Notes: generated from the letters alone by a model not told the origin. DNA of 40,951 bases from Candidatus Iainarchaeum sp. (GCA_030649735.1 JAUSFL010000019.1:1-40951); one strand, 5' to 3'; positions 27,296 through 36,840 are shown, numbered from the stretch's first letter. Numbers and translations are program-made.

Positions 27296-28585
27296 ATGCC
27301 TTTGAAAAAGCAATTAGGATTTTGGCCAGTGGTTCTTTCAGGAATTGGAATAATCATTGGCGCAGGAATTTACGCATTGGTCGGAAAGGCGGCCGGAATT
27401 TCAGGCTACTGGATTTGGGCAGGCTTTTTGGTCTCTGCCTTTGTTGCAGTACTTACTGGATTAAGCTATGCTGAATTGTCTTCAATGATTCCGAAGGCAG
27501 GCGCTGAATTCCATTATACAAAGAAGGCCTATGGGCGAAGAGTCGGATTCATTACTGGATGGATCCTGATTTTGGCCGGAGTGATAAGCTGCGCGACTGT
27601 CGCATTGGGTTTTGGGAATTATTTCTTCTCGCTTTTTGGAATTTCTCCAGTACTTGCCGCAATCGGGCTTTTGGCATCGTGCATTTTTCTGATTTCGAAA
27701 GGAATCAAAGAATCAGTGACTATTGGGGTTATTTTCACAGTCTTTGAGGCATTAGGCCTGATTTTCATTATTTTAATTTCCTTGCCTTTTGTTTTTTCAG
27801 GCGGAAATTTTGCAAGAATCTTTGACTTTTCAACATTTGACTTGTTTTCAATAATCAAAACAGCCGCATTGGTGTTTTTTGCTTTCATTGGGTTTGAGGA
27901 AATAGTCCGGCTTGCTGAAGAAACAAAGAATGCTGAAAAAAACATTCCAAAGGCATTGTTTGCGGCAATTGCTTTCTCGACTGTAATTTACATTCTTGTT
28001 TCAATTTCCGCAGTCAGTGTTTTGACGCCTCAAGAGCTTGCGGCAAGCAATGCTCCATTGGGCGATGTCGCGGGAAAAATTCTCGGGCCTAATGCTTTCC
28101 TTATTCTTTCAGGCATTGCATTGATTGCGACAGCAAGCACTGTACTATTGATACTGATAGCCACTTCGCGCATTGTTTACGGAATTGCAGAAGACAAGGA
28201 ATTGCCGCACATTATTGCAAAAGTCGACAGGAAAACTCACACGCCCATAATTGCAGTCGCGCTTTCAGGAATTCTTGCAATGGCTTTCCTTTTTGTTGGT
28301 GGAATAGAATTGATTGCAAACTCCACAGACCTGATGCTTTTCATTGCTTTTGCGATTGTAAACCTCACAGTGATTCGCTTGCGCTTTTCAGAGCCTAAAA
28401 TGCACAGGCCTTTCAAAATCCCTTTCAATATTGGAAGAGTCCCAATTCCTGCAGTTTTGGGATTTTTGACATCTAGTCTCCTAATGTTTGGAATTAATAA
28501 GGACGCTTTCATTGTTGGATTGGGGCTGGTCGCTTTAGGGATTGCTTTTGAAGAATTCCATTACAGGAAATTCATCAAATTCTAG
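27296..28585 (+). CDS. APC family amino acid permease
   Basis: GIGIIIGAGIY, SYAELSS..P.AG, FFAFIGFE, AEETKN, SRIVYG, RPFKIP; about 12 TM helices. Confidence 0.94.
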   Translation: MPLKKQLGFWPVVLSGIGIIIGAGIYALVGKAAGISGYWIWAGFLVSAFVAVLTGLSYAELSSMIPKAGAEFHYTKKAYGRRVGFITGWILILAGVISCATVALGFGNYFFSLFGISPVLAAIGLLASCIFLISKGIKESVTIGVIFTVFEALGLIFIILISLPFVFSGGNFARIFDFSTFDLFSIIKTAALVFFAFIGFEEIVRLAEETKNAEKNIPKALFAAIAFSTVIYILVSISAVSVLTPQELAASNAPLGDVAGKILGPNAFLILSGIALIATASTVLLILIATSRIVYGIAEDKELPHIIAKVDRKTHTPIIAVALSGILAMAFLFVGGIELIANSTDLMLFIAFAIVNLTVIRLRFSEPKMHRPFKIPFNIGRVPIPAVLGFLTSSLLMFGINKDAFIVGLGLVALGIAFEEFHYRKFIKF

Positions 28586-28588
28586 AGT

Positions 28589-29230
28589 TTGAAAATTATG
28601 AAAAAGGAAGCCTCTTCAAAAAAGACATGGAATGACGAGTACCGCTTTAAGAAAAACGTTTGGCGCTCGCGCTTTAACGAGCTTTTTCCGGAAAAGACTT
28701 TCACTGGAAAGAAAGTCCTGGAATTGGGAGTTGGGAATGGAAAGACCTTGGAAAAAATCCTTTTGCAAAAGCCAAGGAAAGTCTTTGCAGTCGATTTTTC
28801 TCCAATCGCAATCCGCCTGTGCGAAGAAAAATTCGCCAAGGAAAAAAGCATTGGGTTTTTTGAAGCCGACTTGAAAGAATTGCCTTTCAAAAACTCTGAG
28901 TTCGACATAATAGTTTGCTTTCACACTCTCGCGCACCTTTTGGAAAATGAGCGCCAGCCCGCGGTTTTGGAAATAAAGCGGGTTTTAAAGAAAGGCGGCA
29001 TTTTGCTTTTTGAGGATTTTGCAGTGGGAGACTTTCGCTTTGGAAAGGGAAAAGAAATTGAAGAAAGTACTTTCAGGCGCGGGAATGGAATAACTTACCA
29101 CTACTTCACTGCAAAAGAGGTCGGGGAATTGTTCAAAATGCGCGGCAATGCAGTGCAGGTTGAAAAAGAGCTCAAGCTTGCGGGAAAGCTGATTTGGCGG
29201 CGTGAAATAACTGCAGAATTTTTTAAATGA
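28589..29230 (+). CDS. class I SAM-dependent methyltransferase
   Basis: VLELGVGNG, AVDFS, LPFKNSEFD, RVLKKGG. Confidence 0.9.
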   Translation: MKIMKKEASSKKTWNDEYRFKKNVWRSRFNELFPEKTFTGKKVLELGVGNGKTLEKILLQKPRKVFAVDFSPIAIRLCEEKFAKEKSIGFFEADLKELPFKNSEFDIIVCFHTLAHLLENERQPAVLEIKRVLKKGGILLFEDFAVGDFRFGKGKEIEESTFRRGNGITYHYFTAKEVGELFKMRGNAVQVEKELKLAGKLIWRREITAEFFK

Positions 29231-29286
29231 ACAAAATCCCATTAAAAGCCTTTTCCCAAACAAGAAATTCAAGGGGTTGGTCTTTA

Positions 29287-30519
29287 ATGGCGCGAATTAA
29301 TGAAAACTACGACAAGCTTGCGGCAGGCTACTTGTTTCCTGAAATTGCAAAAAGGACAAAGGCGTTTTTGGAAAAAAACCCCGGGGTTGAAGTCTTAAGG
29401 CTGGGCATTGGAAACACCACCGAGCCTTTAGGCCCAGTAGTCATTGATGGATTGAAGAAAGGCGTTGAAAAGCTCTCCAAGGTTGAAACTTATACTGGAT
29501 ATGGCGACGAGCAGGGAAACGCGCCATTGCGCGAGGCAATCGCAAAAATGTACGAAAAGCGCGGAGTTGTTTTGGCTGCTGACGAGGTTTTTGTAAGCGA
29601 TGGCGCAAAGCCTGATTCAGCAAACATCCAGTCAATTTTTTCCCACGATTCCATTATTGCAGTGCAGGACCCGGCATACCCAGTGTATGTGGACAGCAAT
29701 GTGATTGCGGGCAGGACTGGCAAGAATGAAAGCGGAACTTACAATGGACTGGTTTACATGGAATGCAATGAGGAAAACTCTTTCTTTCCAAAAGCCCCAG
29801 ACCAAAAGGTTGACTTGATTTACTTGTGCAGCCCGAACAATCCAACAGGCGCTGTAGCCACAAAAGAGCAGTTGAAAGAATTCGTTGATTACGCGATTGC
29901 AAACAAGGCAGTGATTATTTTTGACTCTGCATACTCTGAATTCATTGCGGACGATTCTTTGCCTAGAAGCATTTTTGAAATTGAAGGCGCAAAAAAATGC
30001 GCAATTGAAATCAATAGTTTTTCAAAAAGCGCCGGCTTTACCGGAGTAAGGCTTGGATGGAGCATTGTTCCAAAGCAATTAGTCATTGAAGGAGCGCTTG
30101 AAGGAAAAGTCAACGCGTTATGGAATAGAAGGCAAACTACAATGTTCAACGGGGCCTCAAACATTGTGCAGGACGGCGGCTTGGCTGCTTTAAGCGAGCA
30201 AGGACTGAAAGAAAACAGGCAAGTTATAGACTACTACATGGAGAACGCGCGCATAATCAAGGATTGCCTTGACAATTTGAAAATAAAGAATTATGGAGGA
30301 GTCAACGCGCCGTACATTTGGATGAAAGTTCCTACTGGATTGTCTTCTTGGGATTTTTTCAACAAGCTTTTGGAAGAATGCCATGTTGTTGGAACTCCCG
30401 GCTCTGGATTCGGGCCTGCAGGTGAGGGATTTTTCAGGCTCAGCGCTTTTGGCCACAGGAAAAACATTGAAAAGGCAGTTGCTTCACTCAAGGCAAATTT
30501 AAAGCTGGAGAGCGATTGA
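29287..30519 (+). CDS. dapL: LL-diaminopimelate aminotransferase
   Basis: MARINENY..L..GYLFPEI, LGIG, SDGAK, CSPNNPTG, SFSKSAGFTGVRLG, NAPYIW, TPGSGFG, RLSAF. Confidence 0.96.
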   Translation: MARINENYDKLAAGYLFPEIAKRTKAFLEKNPGVEVLRLGIGNTTEPLGPVVIDGLKKGVEKLSKVETYTGYGDEQGNAPLREAIAKMYEKRGVVLAADEVFVSDGAKPDSANIQSIFSHDSIIAVQDPAYPVYVDSNVIAGRTGKNESGTYNGLVYMECNEENSFFPKAPDQKVDLIYLCSPNNPTGAVATKEQLKEFVDYAIANKAVIIFDSAYSEFIADDSLPRSIFEIEGAKKCAIEINSFSKSAGFTGVRLGWSIVPKQLVIEGALEGKVNALWNRRQTTMFNGASNIVQDGGLAALSEQGLKENRQVIDYYMENARIIKDCLDNLKIKNYGGVNAPYIWMKVPTGLSSWDFFNKLLEECHVVGTPGSGFGPAGEGFFRLSAFGHRKNIEKAVASLKANLKLESD

Positions 30520-30521
30520 AA

Positions 30522-31772
30522 ATGCCTGAAAGGACTGTTCCATTCACTAAAGCCCAAATGGAAAAAATCATTCTGGAATTTCCAACCCCATTCCACATTT
30601 ATGACGAGAAAGCAATCAGGGAAAACGCGCGAGAATTCTTGAAGGCGTTTTCCTGGAATAAGGGATTCAAGGAGCATTTTGCAATAAAGGCATGCCCTAA
30701 CCCGCAAATAATCAAAATCTTGAAGGAAGAAGGCTTTGGAACAGACTGCAGTTCAATGCCTGAATTGCTAATGTCTGAAAGGCTCGGCATTACTGGCGAA
30801 GACATAATGTTCACTTCAAACGACACTCCGGCTTCAGAATTCAAGAAAGCAATGGAACTTGGTGCAATAATAAACTTGGATGACATTTCCCACATTCCTT
30901 TTTTGGAAAAAGCCGCCGGAATTCCGGAATTGATTTGCTTCAGGTATAATCCGGGGCCTTTAAGAAAAACCGCGGAAGGAAATACTGTTGGAAATCCTGA
31001 AGACGCAAAGTACGGGGTTACAAAAGAGCAATTGTTTGAAGGCTATAATATAATGAAAAAGAAAGGCTCTTTGCGGTTTGGACTTCACACAATGATTGTT
31101 TCCAATGAATTGAATGCCGACAATTTGGTTTTGACTGCTGAAATGCTTTTTGACTTGGCTGTTGAAATAAAGCAAAAGTGCGGGATTGAATTGGAATTCA
31201 TTAACTTGGGCGGCGGAATTGGAATTCCTTACAGGCCGGGCCAGAAAAGAGTTGATTACAAAGTCCTTTCAGAACGCATTAGAAAAGCCTATGATGAAAA
31301 AATCATTGGGAATGGATTGTCCGGCATTCAGTTAAGAATGGAGAATGGAAGGGCAATCACAGGCCCTTACGGCTATTTGGTCACTAAGGCAATTCATGAA
31401 AAGCACACTTACAAGGAGTACATTGGGGTTGACGCTTGCATGGCAAACCTCATGAGGCCTGCATTGTACGGCGCTTTTCACCATATTACCGTGCTTGGAA
31501 AGGAAAACAGCGCGCGCGACCACAAGTATGATGTTGTGGGCTCTTTATGCGAAAACAATGACAAGTTTGCAATAGACCGCGAGCTTCCAAAAATTGAAAT
31601 TGGCGACATTTTGGCAATTCACGAGGCAGGCGCGCACGGCTATGCAATGGGCTTCAATTATAACGGAAAATTAAGGAGCGCTGAGCTTTTGCTGAAAGCT
31701 GACGGCGCAGTGGAAAAAATCCGACGCGCAGAAACTGTTGAAGATTATTTTGCAACAATGGTTTGGAGTTGA
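30522..31772 (+). CDS. lysA: diaminopimelate decarboxylase
   Basis: PTPFHIYDE, FAIKACPN, NLGGGIG, ENGRAI, GSLCENND, GAHGYAMGFNYNG. Confidence 0.96.
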   Translation: MPERTVPFTKAQMEKIILEFPTPFHIYDEKAIRENAREFLKAFSWNKGFKEHFAIKACPNPQIIKILKEEGFGTDCSSMPELLMSERLGITGEDIMFTSNDTPASEFKKAMELGAIINLDDISHIPFLEKAAGIPELICFRYNPGPLRKTAEGNTVGNPEDAKYGVTKEQLFEGYNIMKKKGSLRFGLHTMIVSNELNADNLVLTAEMLFDLAVEIKQKCGIELEFINLGGGIGIPYRPGQKRVDYKVLSERIRKAYDEKIIGNGLSGIQLRMENGRAITGPYGYLVTKAIHEKHTYKEYIGVDACMANLMRPALYGAFHHITVLGKENSARDHKYDVVGSLCENNDKFAIDRELPKIEIGDILAIHEAGAHGYAMGFNYNGKLRSAELLLKADGAVEKIRRAETVEDYFATMVWS

Positions 31773-31777
31773 AATTA

Positions 31778-32083
31778 ATGTTCAGGCACGTCATTCTTTG
31801 GAAGATTTTGGAAATGCCCCTTGATAAAAGCAAGGAAGAAACCGCCCTTAAAATGAAGGAATTGCTTGAAGGCTTGAATGGAAAAATTCCAGGCCTGATT
31901 AAAATCCAGGCAGGAATCAACAATTTAGAGTCAGAAAACGCCTTTGACATTGTCCTGATTGGGGATTTTGAGTCAAAGGACGCGTATGCGAAATACTCAC
32001 AGCACCCAGAGCACGCGAAAATAGTTCCTTTTTTTAAGGAATTAAAGCTTGGAAGAGCAATTGTTGATTATGAAATTGTGTAG
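31778..32083 (+). CDS. Dabb family (stress-responsive A/B barrel) protein
   Basis: MFRHVILWK, L.G.IPG, FES...Y.QHPEH, VDY. Confidence 0.88.
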   Translation: MFRHVILWKILEMPLDKSKEETALKMKELLEGLNGKIPGLIKIQAGINNLESENAFDIVLIGDFESKDAYAKYSQHPEHAKIVPFFKELKLGRAIVDYEIV

Positions 32084-32486
32084 CGCCTGCCTGCTTGGAA
32101 TCGCGTGCAGGTATGATGGACTGTCAAAAGCCAATGCGAAAGTCTTGGAGCTTGCAAAGACCGAAGTCTTGATTCCAGTTTGCCCTGAACAGCTTGGCGG
32201 GAGGTCGACTCCGCGTTCTAGCTCTGAAATTTCAAAATTCGGGAACGTTCTTGAAAAGTCCGGAAAAGATGTTACCAAAGAATTCAACAAGGGGGCTTTG
32301 GAAACCTTAAAGATTGCAAAACTACACAACATTAATGAAGCAATCCTGAAGCAGCGCAGCCCTTCATGCGGCTCTGGGCAAATTTATGACGGGAGCTTTT
32401 CCGGAAAAATAATCAAGGGCGACGGCATTACAACAGCGCTTTTGAAAAAGAACGGAATCAAGGTAATCAGTGAGGAAGAACTTTAA
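32070..32486 (+). CDS. DUF523 family protein (2-thiouracil desulfidase TudS-like)
   Basis: SACLLG..CRYDG, VCPEQLGG..TPR, LKQRSPSCG..IYDGSF. Confidence 0.92.
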   Translation: MKLCSACLLGIACRYDGLSKANAKVLELAKTEVLIPVCPEQLGGRSTPRSSSEISKFGNVLEKSGKDVTKEFNKGALETLKIAKLHNINEAILKQRSPSCGSGQIYDGSFSGKIIKGDGITTALLKKNGIKVISEEEL

Positions 32487-33367
32487 TTCTCAGTTTTCAG
32501 CCCAAGCACCAAGCCCATGTTTTCAATTGCCTGCGACGCAGCGCCTTTCAGTAAATTGTCAATCGCTGAAACAACAACCAGCCTGTTGTTTTTGTCTTGC
32601 TGGAAGCCGCCAATCTTGCAGTAAGGAGTTCCGACAGTGTCCTTGGTTGACGGGATCTTTTCAGCAACTTGCGTGAAGGAACCGGTGTAGAATTCTTTGT
32701 ATTTCCCAAGAATTTCTTGAGAACCAATTTTTTCATTGAGGAAAATGTGCGCAGTGCACATTAGCCCTGCAAAATTGCTTGCAACATGCGGAGTGAAAGA
32801 GACATTCTGGCCAAGGATTTTCTCAATTTCCGCAATGTGAAAATGGCTTGTCAATTCATAAGCGATTATGTTTTCGCCATAATCATATTTTGCGGACGCG
32901 TTTTTTCCCCCGCCTGAATATCCGCTGATACAGTCGAAAACAACGCTGCTTATTGAATCCTTCAATGGAAATGCTGCCAAAAGGCAGGCTGTCGCATAGC
33001 AGCCGGGATTTGCGACAATCCTTGAATTTTTTATTTCATCGCCGAAAACTTCTGGAAGCCCGTAAGTTTCTGAAAGCCTATAGTCTGCAGAAAGGTCAAT
33101 TATTTTGCAATCCAATTCAGGCACGATTTTTTTTGACTCGCCGTGCGGCACTGAAAGAAAAACCAAATCCATTGAATTCAGTTCATCGAATGAAATTTCT
33201 GAAAAGCAAAGTTCGGTTTTTAATTCAGGGAATTCTTCAGAAACTTTCTTTCCCGCAAGAGAAGTGCTTGCGGCAATGCATAATTCAACGTCTTTTCTTT
33301 CCAGGACTGCCTTAATCAATTTTTGGCCTGCAAATCCAGAACCGCCGATTATTCCAATTTTTTTCAT
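32483..33367 (-). CDS. argC: N-acetyl-gamma-glutamyl-phosphate reductase
   Basis: IIGGSGFAG, IDLSADYRL, YGLPE, VANPGCYAT, SGYSGGG, IDNLLKGAASQA. Confidence 0.95.
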   Translation of the reverse strand: MKKIGIIGGSGFAGQKLIKAVLERKDVELCIAASTSLAGKKVSEEFPELKTELCFSEISFDELNSMDLVFLSVPHGESKKIVPELDCKIIDLSADYRLSETYGLPEVFGDEIKNSRIVANPGCYATACLLAAFPLKDSISSVVFDCISGYSGGGKNASAKYDYGENIIAYELTSHFHIAEIEKILGQNVSFTPHVASNFAGLMCTAHIFLNEKIGSQEILGKYKEFYTGSFTQVAEKIPSTKDTVGTPYCKIGGFQQDKNNRLVVVSAIDNLLKGAASQAIENMGLVLGLKTEN

Positions 33368-34623
33368 TAAACTGCCTCTACCATTGTTTTTTCCAAAAGC
33401 GCGGCTTTTTCAGAAAGCGAAAAGACTTCAGAGTTTTCAAGGTTTTTCCAATAGACAATCCAGTCGTTCTTTTTCAAAAGCCCGTGGCATTTTTTGAAGT
33501 AAAATCCGTTAATTGGATTGCTGTTGGAAGAGCGCCACACAATTTTAGGGTATTTTTTTGATAATTCTGCCCAAAGGCTTTTTCCAAGGCCGGTTCCCTG
33601 GCATGTTGGGTGTACTGCAAACTTGTCCATGTATGCAATTCCGTCAATTTCTTTAATCACTGCGGCGCCGCAGTATTCTTTTTCAAAGAATATTTCCTTT
33701 ATGCCATTGTCAAAATAGCCTTTAACAAGCTTTTTTCCGAAAGATTCTTCTAAAAGCCCCGTTAACTTTCCAACATCGGCTTCTCCAAGATTTTCGGCTG
33801 AATTTATGCTGTAAAGCTTGATGAATGTTCCGCTTCCTTCAATGGTGAATATTTCTTTCAGCAGGTTTTCTGCAGAAGTTATTACCACACTGCAGTCAGG
33901 CATTGATTTCAGAAAGTCGGACAGTTCCTTGATTTTCAGCAGCATTCCGCCGCTGATTCCCTCAAGCCCTTCATCAAGCGAAGCATTTATGAAAGGAATT
34001 ATTTTTCCATTCTCATCCAAGACTCCGCCGGTTTCAGTGAGCATAATGAATTTTTTTGGTTTAATTGCCTTGGCAATTTCCTTGGCCGCGCTGTCGGCAT
34101 TAATATTCAGCAAGACTCCTTTCCATTCTCCAATGGGGCTTATTACTGGGGTTTTTCCTGACTTGATTGCAGAAATTATTTTTTCAGAATCCACTTTCTT
34201 CACTTCACCGACAAGCCCGTAGCCTTCCAAAATGTCACATTCAAGCAAGCCTTCAAGGCAGACTGCGCTGCCGCCTTTGGCATTGATTCTCTCCACAAGG
34301 CTTTTGTTCAATTGCCCGAAAACATCCTTGATTATTGGAATGTCGGCTTCGCCAGTGACTCTTAATCCATTGATTTTTTTTGAGAGGGGCAGTTTTTTGT
34401 CAAGCGTCGCTCCAGCCCCGTGAATTACTATTGGATAAATCTTCAGGGAATTCAATGCAGCAATTCTTTCAGCGATGCTCTCAAAATGGCTTTCGAGTGT
34501 TTCGCCGCTGATTTTCAGGACAGCAAACTGCTCGGCGGGAGTTTCCCTGATTTTTTCAAGAAACATTTCAAACTCCTTGCCGCTTCCAAGGTCTTTGCTC
34601 AATTTTGCCAAGCTGTCATTCAA
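33367..34623 (-). CDS. argB: acetylglutamate kinase with C-terminal NAT/DUF619 domain (bifunctional NAGS/K type)
   Basis: FAVLKISG, VIHGAG, GLRVT, NINAD, GGMLLK, FTIEGSGT; C-terminal YMDKFAV...QGTGLG, WRS...NPINGFYF. Probable TTG start at 34623 after GGGGTG. Confidence 0.88.
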   Translation of the reverse strand: MNDSLAKLSKDLGSGKEFEMFLEKIRETPAEQFAVLKISGETLESHFESIAERIAALNSLKIYPIVIHGAGATLDKKLPLSKKINGLRVTGEADIPIIKDVFGQLNKSLVERINAKGGSAVCLEGLLECDILEGYGLVGEVKKVDSEKIISAIKSGKTPVISPIGEWKGVLLNINADSAAKEIAKAIKPKKFIMLTETGGVLDENGKIIPFINASLDEGLEGISGGMLLKIKELSDFLKSMPDCSVVITSAENLLKEIFTIEGSGTFIKLYSINSAENLGEADVGKLTGLLEESFGKKLVKGYFDNGIKEIFFEKEYCGAAVIKEIDGIAYMDKFAVHPTCQGTGLGKSLWAELSKKYPKIVWRSSNSNPINGFYFKKCHGLLKKNDWIVYWKNLENSEVFSLSEKAALLEKTMVEAV

Positions 34624-34700
34624 AAAAACACCCCTAAGGTAAATTGCAGCGCGGGAAAAAGATATTCTTAACGATCCAAACAAAACAACAAATTACTAAC

Positions 34701-34718
34701 TTGTTCCAAATGAAACAA
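34701..34718. promoter_or_regulatory. imperfect palindrome, candidate operator between divergent argB and ACT regulator
   Basis: TTGTTCCA-AA-TGAAACAA (7/8 arm match). Confidence 0.4.
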
Positions 34719-34757
34719 ACTAGTATATTTTTTAACATTTGCCCGTATTATTGTGTC

Positions 34758-35396
34758 ATGCAGAAAACCACTACAGAGCTCACGCAAGAGTACATAAAAG
34801 AGCATTTTGACGTGAAAAGCTGCCTTAAGAAGGGAATCATAAATTATTCAGCGCTGGCGCGCCTAATTGGAAAGGAGTTAAGGATTGAAAAGCAAAGCTC
34901 CAAGGAGGCAATCCTTGTCGCTGCAGTAAGAATGCAAAAGACCCTTGAAAAAGAGGCAAGCATTGAAAAGAAAGTCAAGGAACTGCTTTCAAAATCAGAG
35001 ACTGAAATAAAGAACAAGATTGTCGCATTGACTTTGGAAAAAGACGCGGATTTCGAGAAAATTCAGGGCCTGCAAAAGCAAATACTGCAGGATTCCGGCT
35101 GCTTTTACCTCATTCAAGGCTCAAACAGCAACACAGTAATAACCCAGCAAAACTATTTAGAGTCCATTAGCGCGAAGCTAAAGCACGACATAATCAAGGA
35201 GCGCCAGAACCTTGTCCTGATAAACTTCAAGACCCCGAAAGAAATAGAGCAGACAACCGGCGCAATCTATTACATCACTTCAATGTTTTCTGAAAACAAC
35301 GTTAATATTGTGGAATTCATTTCCTGCTGGACTGACACAATTTTAGTCATTGATTCAAAAGACCTAAGCAAGGCAATCAATTTCATCAAATTCTAG
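34758..35396 (+). CDS. ACT-domain protein with N-terminal helical (HTH-like) domain; putative regulator
   Basis: CLKKGIINYSALARLI N-terminal motif; C-terminal ACT (TGAIYYIT..FSENNVNIVEFISCWTD). Confidence 0.82.
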   Translation: MQKTTTELTQEYIKEHFDVKSCLKKGIINYSALARLIGKELRIEKQSSKEAILVAAVRMQKTLEKEASIEKKVKELLSKSETEIKNKIVALTLEKDADFEKIQGLQKQILQDSGCFYLIQGSNSNTVITQQNYLESISAKLKHDIIKERQNLVLINFKTPKEIEQTTGAIYYITSMFSENNVNIVEFISCWTDTILVIDSKDLSKAINFIKF

Positions 35397-35414
35397 ACTG
35401 AATACCACAAATTT

Positions 35415-35654
35415 TCATTTTAGCAGTTTTTCCTTCTCTTTCCTTGAAAGCCTTTTTATCTGCGCTTCGCGCTTTAACGCAAGGCTTTTTGTCTCGAGCG
35501 TTTCTGAAAAAACAAGTTTTACTGGAAGCTTTGCGCGAGTGTATTTTGAGGCCTTTCCAGAATTGTGGGCCTTGAGTCTTTTTTCCAAGTCTGGAGTGAA
35601 GCCGCAATAATAGCTGCCGTCACTGCATTCAAGCAAGTAAACAAAAAAAGCCAT
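35415..35654 (-). CDS. GIY-YIG nuclease family protein (UPF0213/YazA-like)
   Basis: FVYLLECSDGSYYCG, RLKAHNSG..SKYTR, ALKRE..IK. Confidence 0.92.
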   Translation of the reverse strand: MAFFVYLLECSDGSYYCGFTPDLEKRLKAHNSGKASKYTRAKLPVKLVFSETLETKSLALKREAQIKRLSRKEKEKLLK

Positions 35655-35687
35655 GCGATTAATTAACCGGTTAAAGAAGAAAAGGCT

Positions 35688-36227
35688 TTAGCGCGAATTG
35701 CGATTTTTCAATTCTTGCACTATTTTTTCAACCAATAATTTGGGGTTTCTTTCAAAAAAAACTTGGCCGTTAGTTTCCTTGCCTAATCTTTCCAACAATT
35801 CTTTCAGCAAGTCGGAAACTCTGCCGCTTCCTTCAAGTACTCCAATTAGTTTCCCTTCGTCAAAAGCAATTGTAAACTCATTTAAGGTTCCTAACGCCCC
35901 CTCAATAGTTATTATTGCATCAGAAGCGCGGATGTTAATTACATTTCTTCCCTTAAATCCAAATCCGGTAAAAATAATTATATCCAAGTTCTCTTCATTA
36001 AGCTCATATCTTTCTTTGTGTTCTTTCAAATCATGAGCTGGGGAAATTCCAATCACAAACCCATTTTTGCTTTTTGCCCCGCTTGCCGCTTCACCGGGCA
36101 ATCCAGGACAGGCGCCAGTAACAAGAATGCAATTATTTTCTGCAATTGCTTCCCCGACTTTAAATGCATTCTCTGAAGCAGCGCATTTTTTTGTGCCACC
36201 CATTACTCCAATAACAAACTTTCTCAA
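35688..36227 (-). CDS. LOG family protein (TIGR00725-like)
   Basis: IGVMGG, LVTGACPG, IGISP, TGFGFKGRN, GALGTLNE. Confidence 0.9.
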   Translation of the reverse strand: MRKFVIGVMGGTKKCAASENAFKVGEAIAENNCILVTGACPGLPGEAASGAKSKNGFVIGISPAHDLKEHKERYELNEENLDIIIFTGFGFKGRNVINIRASDAIITIEGALGTLNEFTIAFDEGKLIGVLEGSGRVSDLLKELLERLGKETNGQVFFERNPKLLVEKIVQELKNRNSR

Positions 36228-36242
36228 TTAATCACCATTAAA

Positions 36243-36326
36243 CGCGGGGGACGAGATTTGAACTCGCGCTCCATTGCTGGAACCGGCTTAGCAGGCCGGC
36301 GCATTAGACCACTCTGCCACCCCCGC
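36243..36326 (-). tRNA. tRNA-Ser (GCT)
   Basis: Acceptor stem GCGGGGG/CCCCCGC + discriminator G, anticodon arm CCGGC-CTGCTAA-GCCGG, long variable arm, TTCAAAT T-loop. Confidence 0.96.
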
Positions 36327-36426
36327 AAAGCGCGCTTTCGACTAAGAAATCTAGAGCGGGGAAACCAATAAAAACTAAAACGTTATTTTATATTTCATTA
36401 AAACCCTCAAAAACCGGCCATCCAAA

Positions 36427-36840
36427 ATGATCAACATCAGAACTGCTGTCAGAAAAGAACTTCCCCTAATTGATTCATTAAACCGCGAGGGCTTTGCCGA
36501 AGGCCTGGTTTTGAAGCGCTCCAAGAAAGACTTGAAGGCATTGATAAAGAACGAGAATATTTTTGTGGCAGTAAAAGACAATAAAGAGTTTGTCGGAATG
36601 GTAACTCTGGACTTTTATTCCAAAAGGCTTTCAGAGCTCAGGAGCATTTACATTAAGGAAAACTTCAGGAAATCAGGCGTTGGAAAAAAGCTTTTGGACG
36701 CTGTTTTTGAAAAGGCGAAAAGAATGCGCATTAAGGAAATAATGGTCATTACTTCCAAAGAATTGCGCCGATGGTTTTCCAAAAGCGGGTTCAACAACAA
36801 GCCGCACAAGTTCAAAATAGCGCTTTTCAAAAAGCTTTGA
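36427..36840 (+). CDS. GNAT N-acetyltransferase, short ArgA (S-NAGS)-like
   Basis: EGLVLKRS, SELRSIYI, FRKSGVGKKL, WFSKSGF. Confidence 0.85.
   Translation: MINIRTAVRKELPLIDSLNREGFAEGLVLKRSKKDLKALIKNENIFVAVKDNKEFVGMVTLDFYSKRLSELRSIYIKENFRKSGVGKKLLDAVFEKAKRMRIKEIMVITSKELRRWFSKSGFNNKPHKFKIALFKKL

Noticed and set aside
25977-36326. tRNA-Leu or tRNA-Ser as integration sites bounding an island
   Set aside because: No duplicated tRNA 3' ends were seen, there is no integrase, and the intervening genes are host-like metabolic genes.
36327-36338. Palindrome AAAGCGCGCTTT next to the tRNA-Ser 5' end
   Set aside because: Single short palindrome with no second copy or clear function.
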